From Scyliorhinus canicula (taxonomy: Eukaryota): 57,749 bases of DNA. The notes under the pieces are model-generated. The model had not been told where the DNA came from and searched no databases. It saw only the letters and a list, made by a program, of their open reading frames with translations. Positions 12,280 through 25,759 of the stretch are shown here, one piece after another (the first letter of the stretch is position 1; the number at the start of each line of letters is the position of its first letter). The position numbers and the translations under genes were made by a program. Where the stretch lies: NCBI RefSeq assembly GCF_902713615.1, contig NW_024056015.1:130252-188000 (forward strand), written 5' to 3'.

Positions 12280-13380
12280 AAAATCTTTGTCTAGTAGAAT
12301 CGATTTTTTGGTATTGGAGAAGACCTCACCAGCATTACCCCACTTTTGGTAAGTTCACGGAAGGCTATCGGCTCCTGCGTCTTTAATCTGATAAAAACAT
12401 TAATGCCTTCCTGAAAAACAATCTGGACCGACCGTTCGAATCTGCTAAACTGAATCACATGGGGCATGAAATACTGGCAAATTAGATGGGAAGAAATGTT
12501 TATTGGATTATAGCCGATCTCCACGAACGTGACTTCATTCCAAATGTCAATAATTACGATCTCTATTGCTTGAAAAGCCTTTTCAGAAGCTATCAAAATC
12601 TCAAGCCCGAACTGTTTTCAATCCTTGAGTATGATAAGATACACATTAAGCTGGTATTTTAACATGAATGGTCGGACCACATCCGTGTGAGTTGGAAAAT
12701 ACATTTTGAAACGCACTAACGCAACGACGTTCTGAATGGATTTACAAATCTATATATTTCCATAACGGTGTGAACCGTTTGAACTGAGTCTCGAGGACAT
12801 GTGAGGACGGCGTCTCTGGCGGAAATAATGAGTACTTGCACATTACTGAGAATGCTGATTGAAATCAGAGAGGAAGTTGTCTATTCGGGATTTCCCGTTG
12901 TCCAATTGTGTGAGGGTGAGCTGTGCAGGTGCCTATGGTCAATGTCAATGCCTATATCAACAGTCAACAAGAATAACGCTTAATCACATTAAATGGAAAT
13001 TCAGTCACCCCCTCGCTAATTCGATCCTTTATTTGGTGCAAAATAAACAGCAACAATCCCCATATTCTGACCAACTGAGTTTCAATTGCTTTCAATCTAA
13101 CTGGTACCGGATCACACGACCGTTGTGCACAGGTTCCACAGCATTAGGAGGGCTCAATTTCCCGTTTATCAACAAATTATTGATGATTGTACTTGCGGAC
13201 ATTCCTTTGTTACTGCATCGGGTGAACTACTGGCCGTGGCCTGGGCCACTGTCCAGCTGTTTGACAGTCACCTGCTTAATTACCTCTATTAAACTATTTC
13301 GGTCATGCAGCTGCACAATATGCCATTAGTATCAAGAATGATGGATGCCCATTATGTTTGACGCACATTATGATAGATGT
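12280..13380 (-). mobile_element. Old degraded CR1/L2-like LINE RT fragment
   Basis: Only weak remnants of the RT motifs (EKAFQ resembling QKAFD; KSGV resembling TSGVP), with many stops. Confidence 0.4.
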
Positions 13381-15296
13381 TCATTATGGTAGATGCCCAT
13401 TATGTTTTGACATTAACATGTCTAAAGTAAACATGCTGAGGTTTCGCTTCGGCTTGCGGATAATGGTGTTAATCACAATTTCAAATGTTGAGCACCCAGG
13501 TTAGGTTGATTCTGCCATTGTCGTTAATGGGGAAGGTTTATGCCTTCTTGGAGTTGCCTCTTTGTCTGAGATTCTACATCGCTACTTGTCATCAGATATG
13601 GTCCCTTTCTCAGTTGCAGCGCGCGAGAGCTTTATCATATCGGAAAGACACAGTGATTTGAGATAGTGATGAGGAGTGTGGTGGAATGGCTCCCCACGAT
13701 TGTTCATGAGTCAGACACTATTCAGTGCAGGAAAGGTACTGTTGGCGCAGAAATTTCACTGCACTGCTGATCCACCCAACCACAGAAATGGAATGCGGCA
13801 GGCAATTTCTCTGATTTACGTGGTCTTGTCTAGAGCGACGCAGCAGCAAATGGACGCAGTGGCTCCGGGACAATGAGATTCAAACTGACAAAATTGTACA
13901 TTTACCCTCAGCTGTCTCCGCAAGTGATAGAGCGACAGTTGAATCTATAGATGTCTGGTGACTACCCTGCCCTTGCTCGTTCTTCGAAGGGACTGAGAAA
14001 CAATGGTGTGGGAAAGGCATTAAGTGACCCGAAATACAGAAAGCTCGGATCCGGTGAGAGGATTTGGTTTATAGTAGGTTTGCCTATTAGAAAGCGAAAT
14101 TTCAACCGCCTTTTAGATCTGGAAACATCTAACCCACTCCTAACAGCCCAGGATTCTGCTTTTGAACTGATAATCAACTTTTAAATTTGCTTTAGTGTCA
14201 TCTTCTCCATCACCATAAGGGCCACATCCCAGATCGCAACAAAACACAAAGAAATAATGCATTTCTCCTCTCCATACCCATTTTCCCACATGCCTCTTGT
14301 TGGGCCTGTGAGAGGACTGGCCGATGGTTCTGGGACCACTGCCTGCTCCATGACGATTGCAATTAAACCACTGAGTCGCAGATAGTCTCTCCGCTGAGGA
14401 AGCCGCAATCCGCCAGCACCATTGATTTGGTCAAGTATCCCTCGATTGTATACATTGAACTATCTTATTTCACATGAGAATTCTTTGATTTCAATCTGTA
14501 ATGTTTCTTTCTGCCATCTCTCTGTTTTTAGCCTCTGTTTCAATGATTTTGCTCATCCAATCATCGTGTTTTCGACACACCTGCATTCCATTAACCCTGA
14601 TCCATGTGTCTCAGTGATACCGTAAAATCTGAGTTCTACATCTGTGCCAGTCAACCCATCTCTCGTCTCTCTATTCATGTGTTGCACTGTATCTAAATTA
14701 AGCAATGTTCAACCTACCTTCTCACTGTCCACATGGCTATACAGAAATATGTCAATCCCAATCCCACGGCACGGCATGGGTTTATCGGCTACTCTGACAG
14801 AGAAATAGTCTTCCTGTTTGATTGTTGTTACATTTTAACAAACTCCTGCTATTTATCTCGGTCTCTGTATCAGTGCATTCAGACACACATTTATCTCCGG
14901 CTCTTTGTGGACGTTATTTGGATGCTTCAATGTCATCCGTCTCGCTACAGTCCCCAGAATTATTGAAGCATTTGAGCCTCACATAGAGAAAGGCCTGGGC
15001 ACATTCAGCATCAGGATGATAAGTGGCAGCTAATATCTATGCCACAAAAGCAGCATGCAACGTTAATCTCAAACGAGAGCAAATACACCCAGCGACCCTT
15101 GGTACTGTGTCCTCCATCATAAATACCCTGGAGGTTGCCATTGACCAGAAACATTAACTGGATCCATCACATAAATACGGCGTTAGAACAGCAGGCAAAA
15201 CAATGCGCATTTTGGAGCGAGGAACTCGTCTCCAAACTCCCAAAGCCTGCCCAACACCGATAGGAAACACACCAGTCGTGTGATTGAATTCTCCCA

Positions 15297-15475
15297 CTTG
15301 AAATGAAATGAAATGAAAATCGCTTATTGTCACGAGTAGGCTTCAAAATGAAGTTACTGTGAAAAGCCTCTAGTCGCCACATTCCGGCGCCTGTTCGGGG
15401 AGGCTGTTACGGGGAATCGAAACCGTGCTGCTGGCTTGCCTTGGTCTGCTTTCAAAGCCAGCGATTAGCCCTTGC
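15297..15475 (-). mobile_element. Short tRNA-derived SINE with (TTTCA)n tail
   Basis: Same family as 8790-8975, 50425-50606 and 53600-53760 (ggaatgtggcgactaggggcttttcacagtaacttc). Confidence 0.8.
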
Positions 15476-16576
15476 CGCTTGCCTAGAATAGCGCCATTTC
15501 AATAATACTCAAGTAGCTTCACACCATCTAAGATAAAACAGATTCATTGATTTGCGCTTCATCCATCATCTGAAACATTTACTCACAGCACCCACCAGTG
15601 CGATTGGCAGCAGGGCGCGCCATCTGCAAGATTCACAGCAGCAAATTACAAAGACACCTTTGTTAATACCTTCAAAAGCTGCCAACTCTACCAGCTCGAA
15701 AGACAAGGGCAACATACACATGTGAAGATTGCCATGTGGAGGTCTGCCTTTAGGTCGCACAGCATCCTGACTTGGAAATATGTCTCTGTTCTTTATGAGG
15801 GGAGGACGTGGTGAATTGAATTCCACCACGGCAGCTGGTGAAATTTATATTCAATAAAAATCTGGGATAGAAATGTATAATGACAACCACTAACCGTTGT
15901 CACTAATTCCCTTTAGAGAAGGAAATCTGTCATCCTTACCTGCTCTCCCACAGGAATGTGTTTGACACATAACTGATAATGGCAATAAATGTTGGCCCAG
16001 TATGGTCACATAAATACTGTCATGAGACAATATCCGGCTATTCCTTGAGCAGGCGCCCTAAATTACATCGATGTGACCGCTCAAAATGACCCACATTACC
16101 TTGTTGGGTGAAGTTCTCTTTCAGAGGGTCCAGAATTGATGGGACGAATGGTCTCCTTCTGCACTGTATGGATTCTATGATACGAAGATTCACCTGTAAA
16201 TATGCCTGATTCCTGACAGCGGTGTTTAAAAACATTGAAGGAGAAAATAAAGTTGCCAACTGAACCGTGAGTGTGATCTGACTGGAGTAACTGTTACTAC
16301 TATCCGAATAATAACGTGAATGGAATTCTGAAAAAAGGCAATAAAAACAGGAAAATGCCTCTGCTTCCGGGTCACACTAAGTCGGCATATGTTTGATCCG
16401 TACACCTAGACCGTAAACCTAGACACGGAAGGACAGCTAACCACCTTCCCGGTTCATTGGCGACAGAAGGAAGTAGATGAGAACATCCGGAGACAAGGCA
16501 GCAGATTATTCAGGGCGGGGATCAGATCGGCTGTCTTCAATTATCCAACTCCCGTTTCACAGAGCGCACAGCAACA

Positions 16577-17084
16577 ATGCGGCCACTCAGCATCTGGCTT
16601 CTGTGGGGAGCTCTTCTAACAGGTAATTTTGGAACTAACATCTTTCATGGTTTCCATCGTGTCTTCAGCATGGTATGAAATAAAATTTGAACAGCCGATT
16701 ATCATATCTGATCGGTTTTGATTTTCTTTCAGATCTGAGTCACGGAGATTCTGTCACTCAGCCGTTTTCCTCGGACGTTGAGACAGAAGGAGGAAGGGTG
16801 ACTTAAACCTGTACCTATGATACTGCATCGAGCACAGTATAAGCTTACTCTGGTACCGACAGCACCCAGACACACAGCCCACATATATAATCAGCAAAGA
16901 TTCTGATGATGATGAATATAAAGCAGATTTTGCTGAAGATCGTTTTCTCTGTGGATCTCCAGACCTCGAAGAAATTCATCAGTTGTAAGTATATCGAGGC
17001 TGAAGCTGACTGACACTGCCGTGTATTACTGCGCTTTCTGGGACACACAGTGATCAAAAGCAGCAGCATCCCTGTACAAAAACT
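16577..17084 (+). pseudogene. TCR alpha/delta V pseudogene with intact leader and near-consensus 23-RSS
   Basis: Leader MRPLSIWLLWGALLT (16577-16622, GTAATT donor). V exon 16733-17045: DLSHGDSVTQPFSSDVETEGGRVT*TCTYDTASSTV*../WYRQHPDTQPTYIISKDSDDDEYKADFAEDRF/SVDLQTSKKFIS/ISRLKLTDTAVYYCAFW, with stops and frameshifts. RSS is CACAGTG, 23 nt, ACAAAAACT (17046-17084). Confidence 0.92.
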
Positions 17085-18664
17085 GTAGGTGGAAACTGCA
17101 GTCTGTTGAAGCATGTGGAGGGCTCGCGGGCAGCTGCAGCCACAATGAGCAGCGGAGCTGTCAGCCACTCAGTCACCACACGGGAGAGGAAACCGCATCA
17201 ACTCCCATCAAACTGTCATCTAATTGTATCCAGCATGGGCTGAGAAACAAACTGATGATCCAATCCGACCAGCAGACATAGCAGAGAAACATAATTGAAT
17301 AGGCCCTTTCTAACCCGCACACCGTGTAATCTGCTGCGCTGTGAGGCCGGTCGTGGTGAGCTCCACATTCCCCCGGTCCAGCGGCAAACTCTCAGTCAAA
17401 CATGTATCTGCTCAATTTAGAGAAGCCGATCTACTAGTACTCGCTCTGTGTCTCTCAGAGCCCGTTGGCGAAGGGTAGAAAAGACAAAGGGGTGTCGTCA
17501 GTATCCCAGGTGGTGATGGTGGCATGTGTGTGGATGGGGAAGGGGTGGGGGTGGCAGCCTCCTGAATGATTCCTCTCTGCTACTGTGTGAGACGTCTGCT
17601 ACTGCAGATTGATTCCAAGGCTACTCCCTAAGCGTTGAATGCAGCCAGTCGCTGAGCTGATGCACTGAGAGAACCAGCACTCCGCTACACAGATACATTG
17701 ATGTAATATCCCATTCATTCAATCATTAGAATTCTCGTCTCCTATCGTTTTTTAAAATATTAAATTGTAGTTTGATTCTTTTATCTCACCGTTTTTCAGT
17801 TTATTTTCCAAATTATTTTGCCCAATCATTTATCGTCCTTTCCCCGTCTTCCCATTTCCTTCAACCAGTCCAATTTCCCCTGCCGACTCAGGACAATCTG
17901 CAATCTGTATCCTGTCACAGGCAATCTCCCTTCTTTCTGTCCCTGGGCATCCGTTCATCTCCTTTAACATGTGGACAACCAACCTACCCAGTCCATGTGC
18001 CAACACGGCAGCACAGTGGTTAGCACAGTTGCTTCACAGCGCCTTCTGCGCTGTGAATTCTATCTATGAAAAGGACCGTAAAGCATCATGTATTCCTTCA
18101 CAGCGGCTACACAGTAGCTGCATTGTGTAACATCGACGGGATGCACTGCAGCAACTCGCCAAGACATCTTCAACAGCACCTTCCATACCCGAGACCTCCG
18201 AGAATTACAACCACATGGAACTCTGCATAGAATACTCTGCATCCTCCTACTCATAACAGTTCTCTGGGGTAGAAATCTGCCTTGTGCACTAGCAAAGAAG
18301 AAGTGATATCTGAAATCTAATTCTGCTAACTGCACTGAAAATGGGTACCAAATGCTGCATAGCATACACTGTATACACTATAACACCCGTTTCGGGTTAT
18401 TGCCAGATACCGATTCTTTGTCCAAAACCTTATTGTTTCCATCTCAAAGACATGTGGAATAATGCGCCCACAATTCAAACAGAAGCATCACAGAAGTGCA
18501 TTAATAAACGTGATCAGATCTCGGAAAATAATAGGCAGATTCAGGGTCAAATATAGAATCCCTGCAGGTTAGAAGGCCATTTGGCTCATAGAGTCTGCAC
18601 TGACCTCGGAAAGATCACACTGCCCAATCCCCCACCCTTGCAACATGATCAGCGCATCATAGAT

Positions 18665-19335
18665 GGACATCATAGATTATCATAGAATTTACAGTGCAGA
18701 AGGAGGCCACTCGGCCCATCGAGTCTGCACCGGCTCTTGGAAAGAGCACCCTCCCCGAGGTCAACACCTTGGTAGCACGGTAGCATAGTGCTTAGCATAA
18801 ATGCTTCACAGCTCCAGGGTCCCAGGTTCGATTCCCGGCTGGGTCACTGTCTGTGTGGAGTCTGCACGTCCTCCCCGTGTGTGCGTGGGTTTCTTCCGGG
18901 TGCTCCGGTTTCCTCCCACAGTCCAAAGATGTGTGGGTTAGGTGGATTGGCCATCATGCTAAAATTGCCCGTAGTGTCCTAAAAAAAAAAGTAAGGTTAA
19001 GGGGGGTTGTATGGTTTTGGGTGGATACGTGGGTTTGAGTAGGGTGATCATTGCTCGGCACAACATCGAGGGTCGAAGGGCCTGTTCTGTGCTGTACTGT
19101 TCTATGTTCTACCTATCCCCATAACCCAACACTCAGGGCAATTTTGGACACGAAGGGCAACTTATCATGGCCAATCCACCTAACTGGACTGTGGGAGGAA
19201 ACCGGAGCACCCGGAGGAAACCCACGCACACACGGGGAGGATGTGCAGACTCCGTACAGACAGTGGCCCAAGCCCGAATCGAACCTGGGACTCTGGAGCT
19301 GTGAAGCAATTGTGCTATCCACAATGCTACCGTGC
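18665..19335. mobile_element. Plus-strand HE1 SINE (~18770-19110) nested in a minus-strand HE1 SINE
   Basis: The minus-copy tail (catagaatttacagtgcagaagg) lies to the left and its body (..gggcaacttatcatggccaatccacc..) to the right of a complete plus copy. Confidence 0.8.
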
Positions 19336-19452
19336 TTCCCTCTGAGTAACCACAGCTGATACGAGAATTGATGTTGCGCTGCTCACTTTGCTCTGCATCA
19401 AGAACCAGCTGTCCAACCCACTGAAGTAAAGGGGACGCCAAAATAGGAACTG

Positions 19453-19525
19453 CGAGCCAGCCAGGAGTCGAACCTGAAATCTCCTGCTTCGTAGTCAGAC
19501 GCGTGGTCCATTGCGCCACTGGCCC
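19453..19525 (-). tRNA. tRNA-Arg-ACG: tRNA-Arg(ACG), possibly non-functional
   Basis: Reverse complement is GGGCCAGTGGCGCAATGGACCACGCGTCTGACTACGAAGCAGGAGATTTCAGGTTCGACTCCTGGCTGGCTCG, 73 nt, matching the vertebrate Arg-ACG body. There is one mismatch in the anticodon stem and a TTTT terminator about 10 nt downstream. Confidence 0.85.
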
Positions 19526-19619
19526 ACAGCAGTTTCAGCCTTTTACAATTCCTCGATGATGAAGACCAGTTACGAGATCGAGGTAATATTTAGCTACAGA
19601 CTAAACTGGAAGCACCAGA

Positions 19620-19692
19620 TGTTTCTGCCCGGTGTCGAACCGGAGACCATTCGCGTGTAAAGCGAATGTGATAACCACTACACTACAGAAAC
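19620..19692 (-). tRNA. tRNA-Val-TAC: tRNA-Val(TAC)
   Basis: Reverse complement is GTTTCTGTAGTGTAGTGGTTATCACATTCGCTTTACACGCGAATGGTCTCCGGTTCGACACCGGGCAGAAACA, 73 nt. The acceptor (GTTTCTG/CAGAAAC) and anticodon (TTCGC/GCGAA) stems are fully paired, with anticodon TAC. Confidence 0.88.
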
Positions 19693-20399
19693 AGCTGGCC
19701 AATACAGAATGGCCAATCCACCTAACCTGCACATCTTTGAACTATGGAAGGAAACACACTCTGACAAAGGGAGAAAGTGCAAATTCCAAACAGGCAGTCA
19801 GGAAATGAACCCTGGCGCTTTGAGACAACAGTGCTTACCACTGTGCCACCGTTCCGCCGATAGCATAAACAGAGTCTGGGTCTCGTGCATTCTAAACTGA
19901 GTTGTGGTCTAGCAGAGTATTGACTGATACAAACTGAGACATGGACCATGCAGGAATAAGATGGATATCGTACAATACAAGAATAACAGAGGCAGGGCCG
20001 AGTGTTATATAAACAGGGACATAGACAGGTGCAGCGTTAACTAAAGCAGGATTGACTTTATTAGAATCTACCTATCTAGTAGAGTAATAACTGAGACAGA
20101 GTCACATGTGATGTAAACAGAACGTTGTTCCAGTTTACGATGCACGGATAAACGTTCTAATTCTGTAACCATTGTGACGTGTTTCTTGCCAGACTAACCG
20201 AGACGTGGTTCAGTGCGTCATAATTAACGATGTTTAATATAAACAGCGTGTGGGCCTGTATATTAACAACTGATATTCAGCCGAGTGCAGGAAAATTGAG
20301 ACAGGACCTGCTACAATGTGATAGACACACGGCCGAGTGTAACGTAAAAATAGGCGGGGTCTGGGTGAATGTAAACTGGGTTATTACCTGTTTTAAATG

Positions 20400-21650
20400 T
20401 TTTAATGGGATCTTGGCGTCACCAATAATGGCAGCATTTAATGCCAATTCCCAATTGAGAATGTGGTGCTGAGCACTCTTATTGAACCATTGCATTCCAT
20501 ACTGAGTAAGTCCACCCACAGAGCTGATAGAAAGGGAGTTCCAGGATTTTAACCAGAGACAGTGAAGGAACAGGCACATAGTTCCCATCAGAATGGTGTG
20601 TGGCTTGGCAGCGAACTTGCAGGTCCTGCTGTTACAGTGCATCTGCTGGGTCTGGTCCTTTTAGATGGCTGAGTTCGTGGGTTTGGAAGGTGCTATCGAA
20701 GTAGGCAGTTGTTGCAGTAGATTCTTGTGTATCGTTAACGCTGCTAGAATTATCCACCCGTGATGCAGGGAGTGAATGTTTCCGCTGGTGGATGGGGTGT
20801 TCCTTGAGCCGGCCGCTTTGTCCCGGGAGGCTTCGAGATTCTCAAGTTTTGGTTGAGGGGCACACTTCAGACAAATAGAGAATATTCAGTCAAAATCATG
20901 ACCTGCCTTACATATGATGTTATAGGGTTTGGGAAGTTCGGGTGAGTTACTCACCGCAGAATTTCCAGCCACTGACCTGCCCTTGTAGTCACATTATTTA
21001 AATGGTTCTCCCAGTTCAGTTTTTCACCAATGCTAATCCATAGGATGTTGATAGTGGGGGATTCAATCACGGTAGTGCCATTCAAAATCAAGCTGAGATG
21101 GTTAGAATCTCGCTTTTTGACACTTGTCAGCCCTAGTCTGTATGTTGTCCAAGTCTTCCTGCATATGTAGACATACTGCTTCAGTATTTGAGGAGTCGAA
21201 TATGGTGCAGAACATTGGGTAATGATCAGCGATCATCCCCACTTCTGACCTTATGATGGGTGATGCTTGGGCCGGGGATACTATGCTAGAACAGGATACG
21301 TGACAGGATGATCCTTGACACTTTTCATGAAGTTGCTGATGCTCGAGTGCAGACTGATGGGGCAATAATTGGCCGGATTGGATTTATGCTGCCTTTTGCG
21401 GGACGGGTTATGATTGGCAATGTTACACATTGTGGGTACATACCAGTGCCGTACCTGTACTGCAGCAACTTGCCTGGGTCGCAGCCAGTTCTAGGGCATA
21501 AATCTTCAGTATTATTGTTGGACTATTGCCAGGGATAATAATATTTGCAGCGCCGTAAGCCGGTTCTTGATATCAAGTGGAATGAATCAAATTTCCTGAC
21601 GACTAACATCCATGATGATGATGAAGACCATCCTCGGCAAGTCTGACAGA
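20400..21650 (-). mobile_element. CR1/L2-like LINE 3' fragment (abundant shark family)
   Basis: Similar to the copies at 15000-15300, 24860-25330, 36020-36690 and 39010-39985 (QEDLDNIQT.ADK.Q-type RT tail). Confidence 0.65.
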
Positions 21651-22689
21651 AACGTTCAGTCTTGTCTTTTGTTCTGACGTGCTGGGGTCCCCATCATTGA
21701 AGAGGGGCATTTTTTTGGGGCTCCTATTTCGGCTATTTGTTTAATTGTTCATTCCTATTCAGGTCTGGAGGTGGCAAACTGCAGAGGCCAAGATCCTATA
21801 CATTGAAAATGGGATCACAGTGATTGTGCGCTATAAACATTGACATGTCCTGGTGCATTATTAATTGAAACAAAGTGCCGTGTATTATAAACAAAGGTAG
21901 AGTCTAACCTAACAAAATACAGATGGAGCCCAATTTAAAATTAACAGAGACGGGGATCATTGCAGTAATTATCGAGGCAATGTCTGTTTCATGTAATGTC
22001 AGACATCTCGATTTAAGTGCCATCTGCTGGCCAAACATTGCAATTGCAGTTACTGTGAAAATGTCGTTGTTTGGTGTGATCCACGATGTTGATGTGACAA
22101 TAAACCATTTCCACAAATATAATATCACATCGCCTTCTGCGGGAGGTGCCAGGATTTAAGGTGTAACTCATTGCAGGTGTTGGTGGCTGATTCTCACACA
22201 TTGAGATCAGCACCAGAACAAAGCGGCTCAATTCCTGGTCACACATTTTTGTTCATCTTTGTTAAATAGACGAATGTTTACCTGGGCGCTGTATGGAGTT
22301 CATGGAAAATGTTATATTCATCTTAATAAACATGGTGCTGGAGAGAGTTTATTGGTTGATTATACAACCCGGAAGATGGTTGGGGTCGTTGTCTCCGAAG
22401 CTCCTCAGTAAGTTAACATGGAATTTTAATTTGAAAGGGAAAAGGTGTGTGCGTGGAAGACAGAGAGAGTGCGTGAGTGAGAGACTGAATGCGTTTATGG
22501 GCATGTATGTATATCGGTTCCTCTGGATATGTTTGTGAGACAGAATCGGTGTGTGCCTGCGTGTGTGTTTGTGTGAAACACATGTTGTGTACAACTGCAT
22601 TTCACAAATATCACGACATCCTACTATTTCCAATAGCAAATACATCCACTAGTATTGACACAAGTGTTGTACATGAAGCTCCCAATTGT

Positions 22690-24100
22690 CGTTCCGGGTT
22701 GTCATTTTCTCGGTTTGTGTCTATTCCAAAGCTGCTAAAGCCACTTGTCCTGGTGGTTCACACCAGCCCACCGGAAGTGTCGCCATTTTTTCAGTTGCAG
22801 CTGATGACACCCAATTGCGGTGATCAATGTTCAGGTTTCGGGACATTATGTCAAGCTGAGAAGAATCCTTGAAGCGGGATATCGGACTTGCCACTGGGAT
22901 GTGGAAACTCCTTGGGCATGTGACCATCTTCCAAATTAGTATGGTCCATACTATAACCGTGCAAACCTCCTTTTTAATGGTACTGAGGGGACGTGGAAGC
23001 TTTGTCTTTCAGAGTACTGCCGCATTTCTGATTTTGTCCTGGCAGTAAATATGCACAATGCACTGTGGACAACAAAGGTGAAATTGGTTGAGTTGTTTTT
23101 CTTGACAACTGTAAGTGTTTCTTGTTTCACAGCGATACAACAAGGTTCTGAGAATTCAGGCCTTATAAACCATCTGCTTGTTCCAAAGGGTCAGCTTGAT
23201 GATATTCCATGGATATTTAATGAGTCAAGCAAATATCGCATCTGCTTTCCCCATGTCGGCATTACATTCTACATCAAGGCGTCTCTCAACATGGAAACTC
23301 GGCAGCGGAATCGGCTCATCGGCTCTTATTTAGTGTGACCATGGCGAGAGTGCAACACCTTGTCCCACGGCCACTGTTCCTCATGCTTATGAAGAGGAAA
23401 AACACGTTACAAGCGGTGGGGACATGAGTCTCTGTGGATGATGTTTTGTTTGGATGACCGAATTTTCTGTGCAGAGGAATTATTTAATGAGGATGTATTG
23501 TGATTGTCTCCGGTTTGATGACTGAAAGGTTGTAGAAATTGCAGCCTGACCGAGTGAGCAAGTGCATTTCATCCATACCTTCAGAGAAAGCGAAGATCAT
23601 CAGTATGGAGAGGAAGATGCCGAATAGAGTTGGGTGTGGGACACGGTCCTCTTTCACTCAATTATTCACTTAGAATCTGTCGGAAGTGGAATCATCAATC
23701 TGTACAGTGCAGCGAATTTTGCCGTGGAAGGAGTGAATGAGACAGGGGATCTTTAGCAGACAGCCAATCTTCCCCAAATCTTATAGCCCCTGCTCTGCTG
23801 ATCGTGTCGAATGTTTATTGAGATTGCTGAAAGTAAGGTGAAGAAGTAGACATGTGGCAGAGGGAGCACGTCATGTCCAGAGTGAATCTTGGGACACGAA
23901 CACCGCACCGTGCTTCCAGCTACATTCGGCCTGCAAGCAGATGAAGTCTTTAAAGTGTGAAGCCAGCAAAGGCCTTCCCAGTGCTGCTATAAGTGAGATA
24001 TGCCAATAGTTGCTGCAGTTTCCTCTGTCCACTTTGTTTTCAGATATTGGTTATGATTTTGCATCATGAATCTCCGCTGGGATGGCTTATATCTTCCAGC
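22690..24100 (-). mobile_element. Degraded RTE-clade LINE fragment
   Basis: Minus strand PTLFGIFLS..HLLTRS (RTE RT, as in GCVLAPTLFGIFFS) near 23600, and RFKDS..NIDHRNW (RTE C-terminal) near 22800. Confidence 0.6.
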
Positions 24101-24483
24101 AGAGAAGGTAAAGGCCGTTAATATTCAGAAACATAGCAATTATGTTCACCAATTTGCATTCATTCATGAATATAAATAATTAGATTCACGAATTAGGATC
24201 ATTTCACAATGATTAGTACAGGTTTATACTGCTGTCGCTGGCTAGGCCATGGTGTATTGTCCATCGCTAATTGCCCTTCACAAAGTGGCGGTGGAATGGG
24301 TGTTAGAACCTCTGCAGTCACTCTGGTGTAGGTACACCGACGATGCTGTTAGGGAGGGAGTTCTAGGCTTTTGAACCAGCGACAGCGAAGATTCGGCGGT
24401 ATATTTTCAAGTCAGGATAGTGAGAGATTATGAAGGGAATTCCCACGTGGTGATCTTCCCATGTGTCAGCTGTCCTTTCCTTC

Positions 24484-24865
24484 TAGAACATAGATTACAT
24501 AGAATTACATAGAATTTACAGTGCAGTAGGAGGCCATTCGGCCCATCGAGTCTGCACCGGCTCTTGGAAAGAGCACCCTACCCCCTATCCAAGGTCAAAA
24601 CCTCCACCCTATCCCCATTACCCAGTAACCCCACCCAACACTAAGGGCAATTTTGGATACTAAGGGCAATTTATCATGGCCAATCCACCTAACCCGCACA
24701 TCTTTGGACTGTGGGAGGAAACCGGAGCACCCGGAGGAAACCCACGCACACACGGGGAGGATGTGCAGACTCCGCACAGACAGTGACCCAAGCCGGAATC
24801 GAACCTGGGACCCTGGAGCTGTGAAGCGATTGTGCTATCCACAAGGCTACCGTGCTGCCGTGCTG
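24484..24865 (-). mobile_element. HE1 SINE, young copy
   Basis: Near-consensus full-length copy, nearly identical to those at 29043 and 18770. Confidence 0.85.
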
Positions 24866-25759
24866 CCCCAGAACGTAATGGTCCTGGGTTTAGAAGGTGT
24901 TTCAAATGAGACTTGTTGCGTTCCTGCAGTGCATCTTGTGGATGATACATTATTGCCATTGTTCTTCGGTGCTGGTTGGAATAAGTGTTTGCGCATAGGG
25001 TGACAATCAAGCGGGCTGCTTTGGCCTGGATGGTGTCAAGTTTCTTCAATTTTGTTGGAGCTGCACCCAGCCAGGCAATTGGAGAATATTCAATTACACT
25101 CCTGTCTTGTGCCTTGTAGATGGTGAACAGGCTTTGGGAATCAGGAGTGAGTTAATCGCAGCAGGTTTCCTGACCCTGACCGGATCATGTCGCCTCAGCA
25201 TTTATATGGTCAGTCCAGGACAGTTTCTGGTCAATGGTAACCCACTGTATTGATAATGGGGGATTCAGCGATAGCAATATCACTGAATGTCAAGGAGAGA
25301 TTGTTAGATTCTATTTGGTGGAGATGGTCATTCTTTAGCACTTTCATGGCGAATGTTACCAATTGTCACAATTCACAAAGTTAAATAACTATATTCATCA
25401 ATTATCATCAACTCACAACATAAATAGTTACATTCACCAATTATTTTCGGCATTTAATTTTTGTAAATGCAATTAATTTAAGGGAGATAGATTTGAGACC
25501 AGGAAGAGATCAGCCATTATGATTGAATGGTGGAGCAGGCTCGATGGGCTGAATTGCCTACTTCTGCTCCTAAATCCTGTGTTCCGATGTTTAACATAAT
25601 TTATTGAGATTAAATTTCATTGAGATAGCATTGACCATTCTGTCACCAAGAAGTCACATCTGCAGCGGAATTCAATGTGAAATAGAATTAAACCACACCG
25701 AGGATAATGGGCAGCTACACAGCAGCCTCTGCGCTGTATTGGCAAGTAATCGACTCAGA

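Noticed and set aside
21826-21832. CACAGTG heptamer after a vaguely V-like stretch
   Set aside because: There is no nonamer at 12 or 23 nt and no YYC or WYRQ motif upstream.
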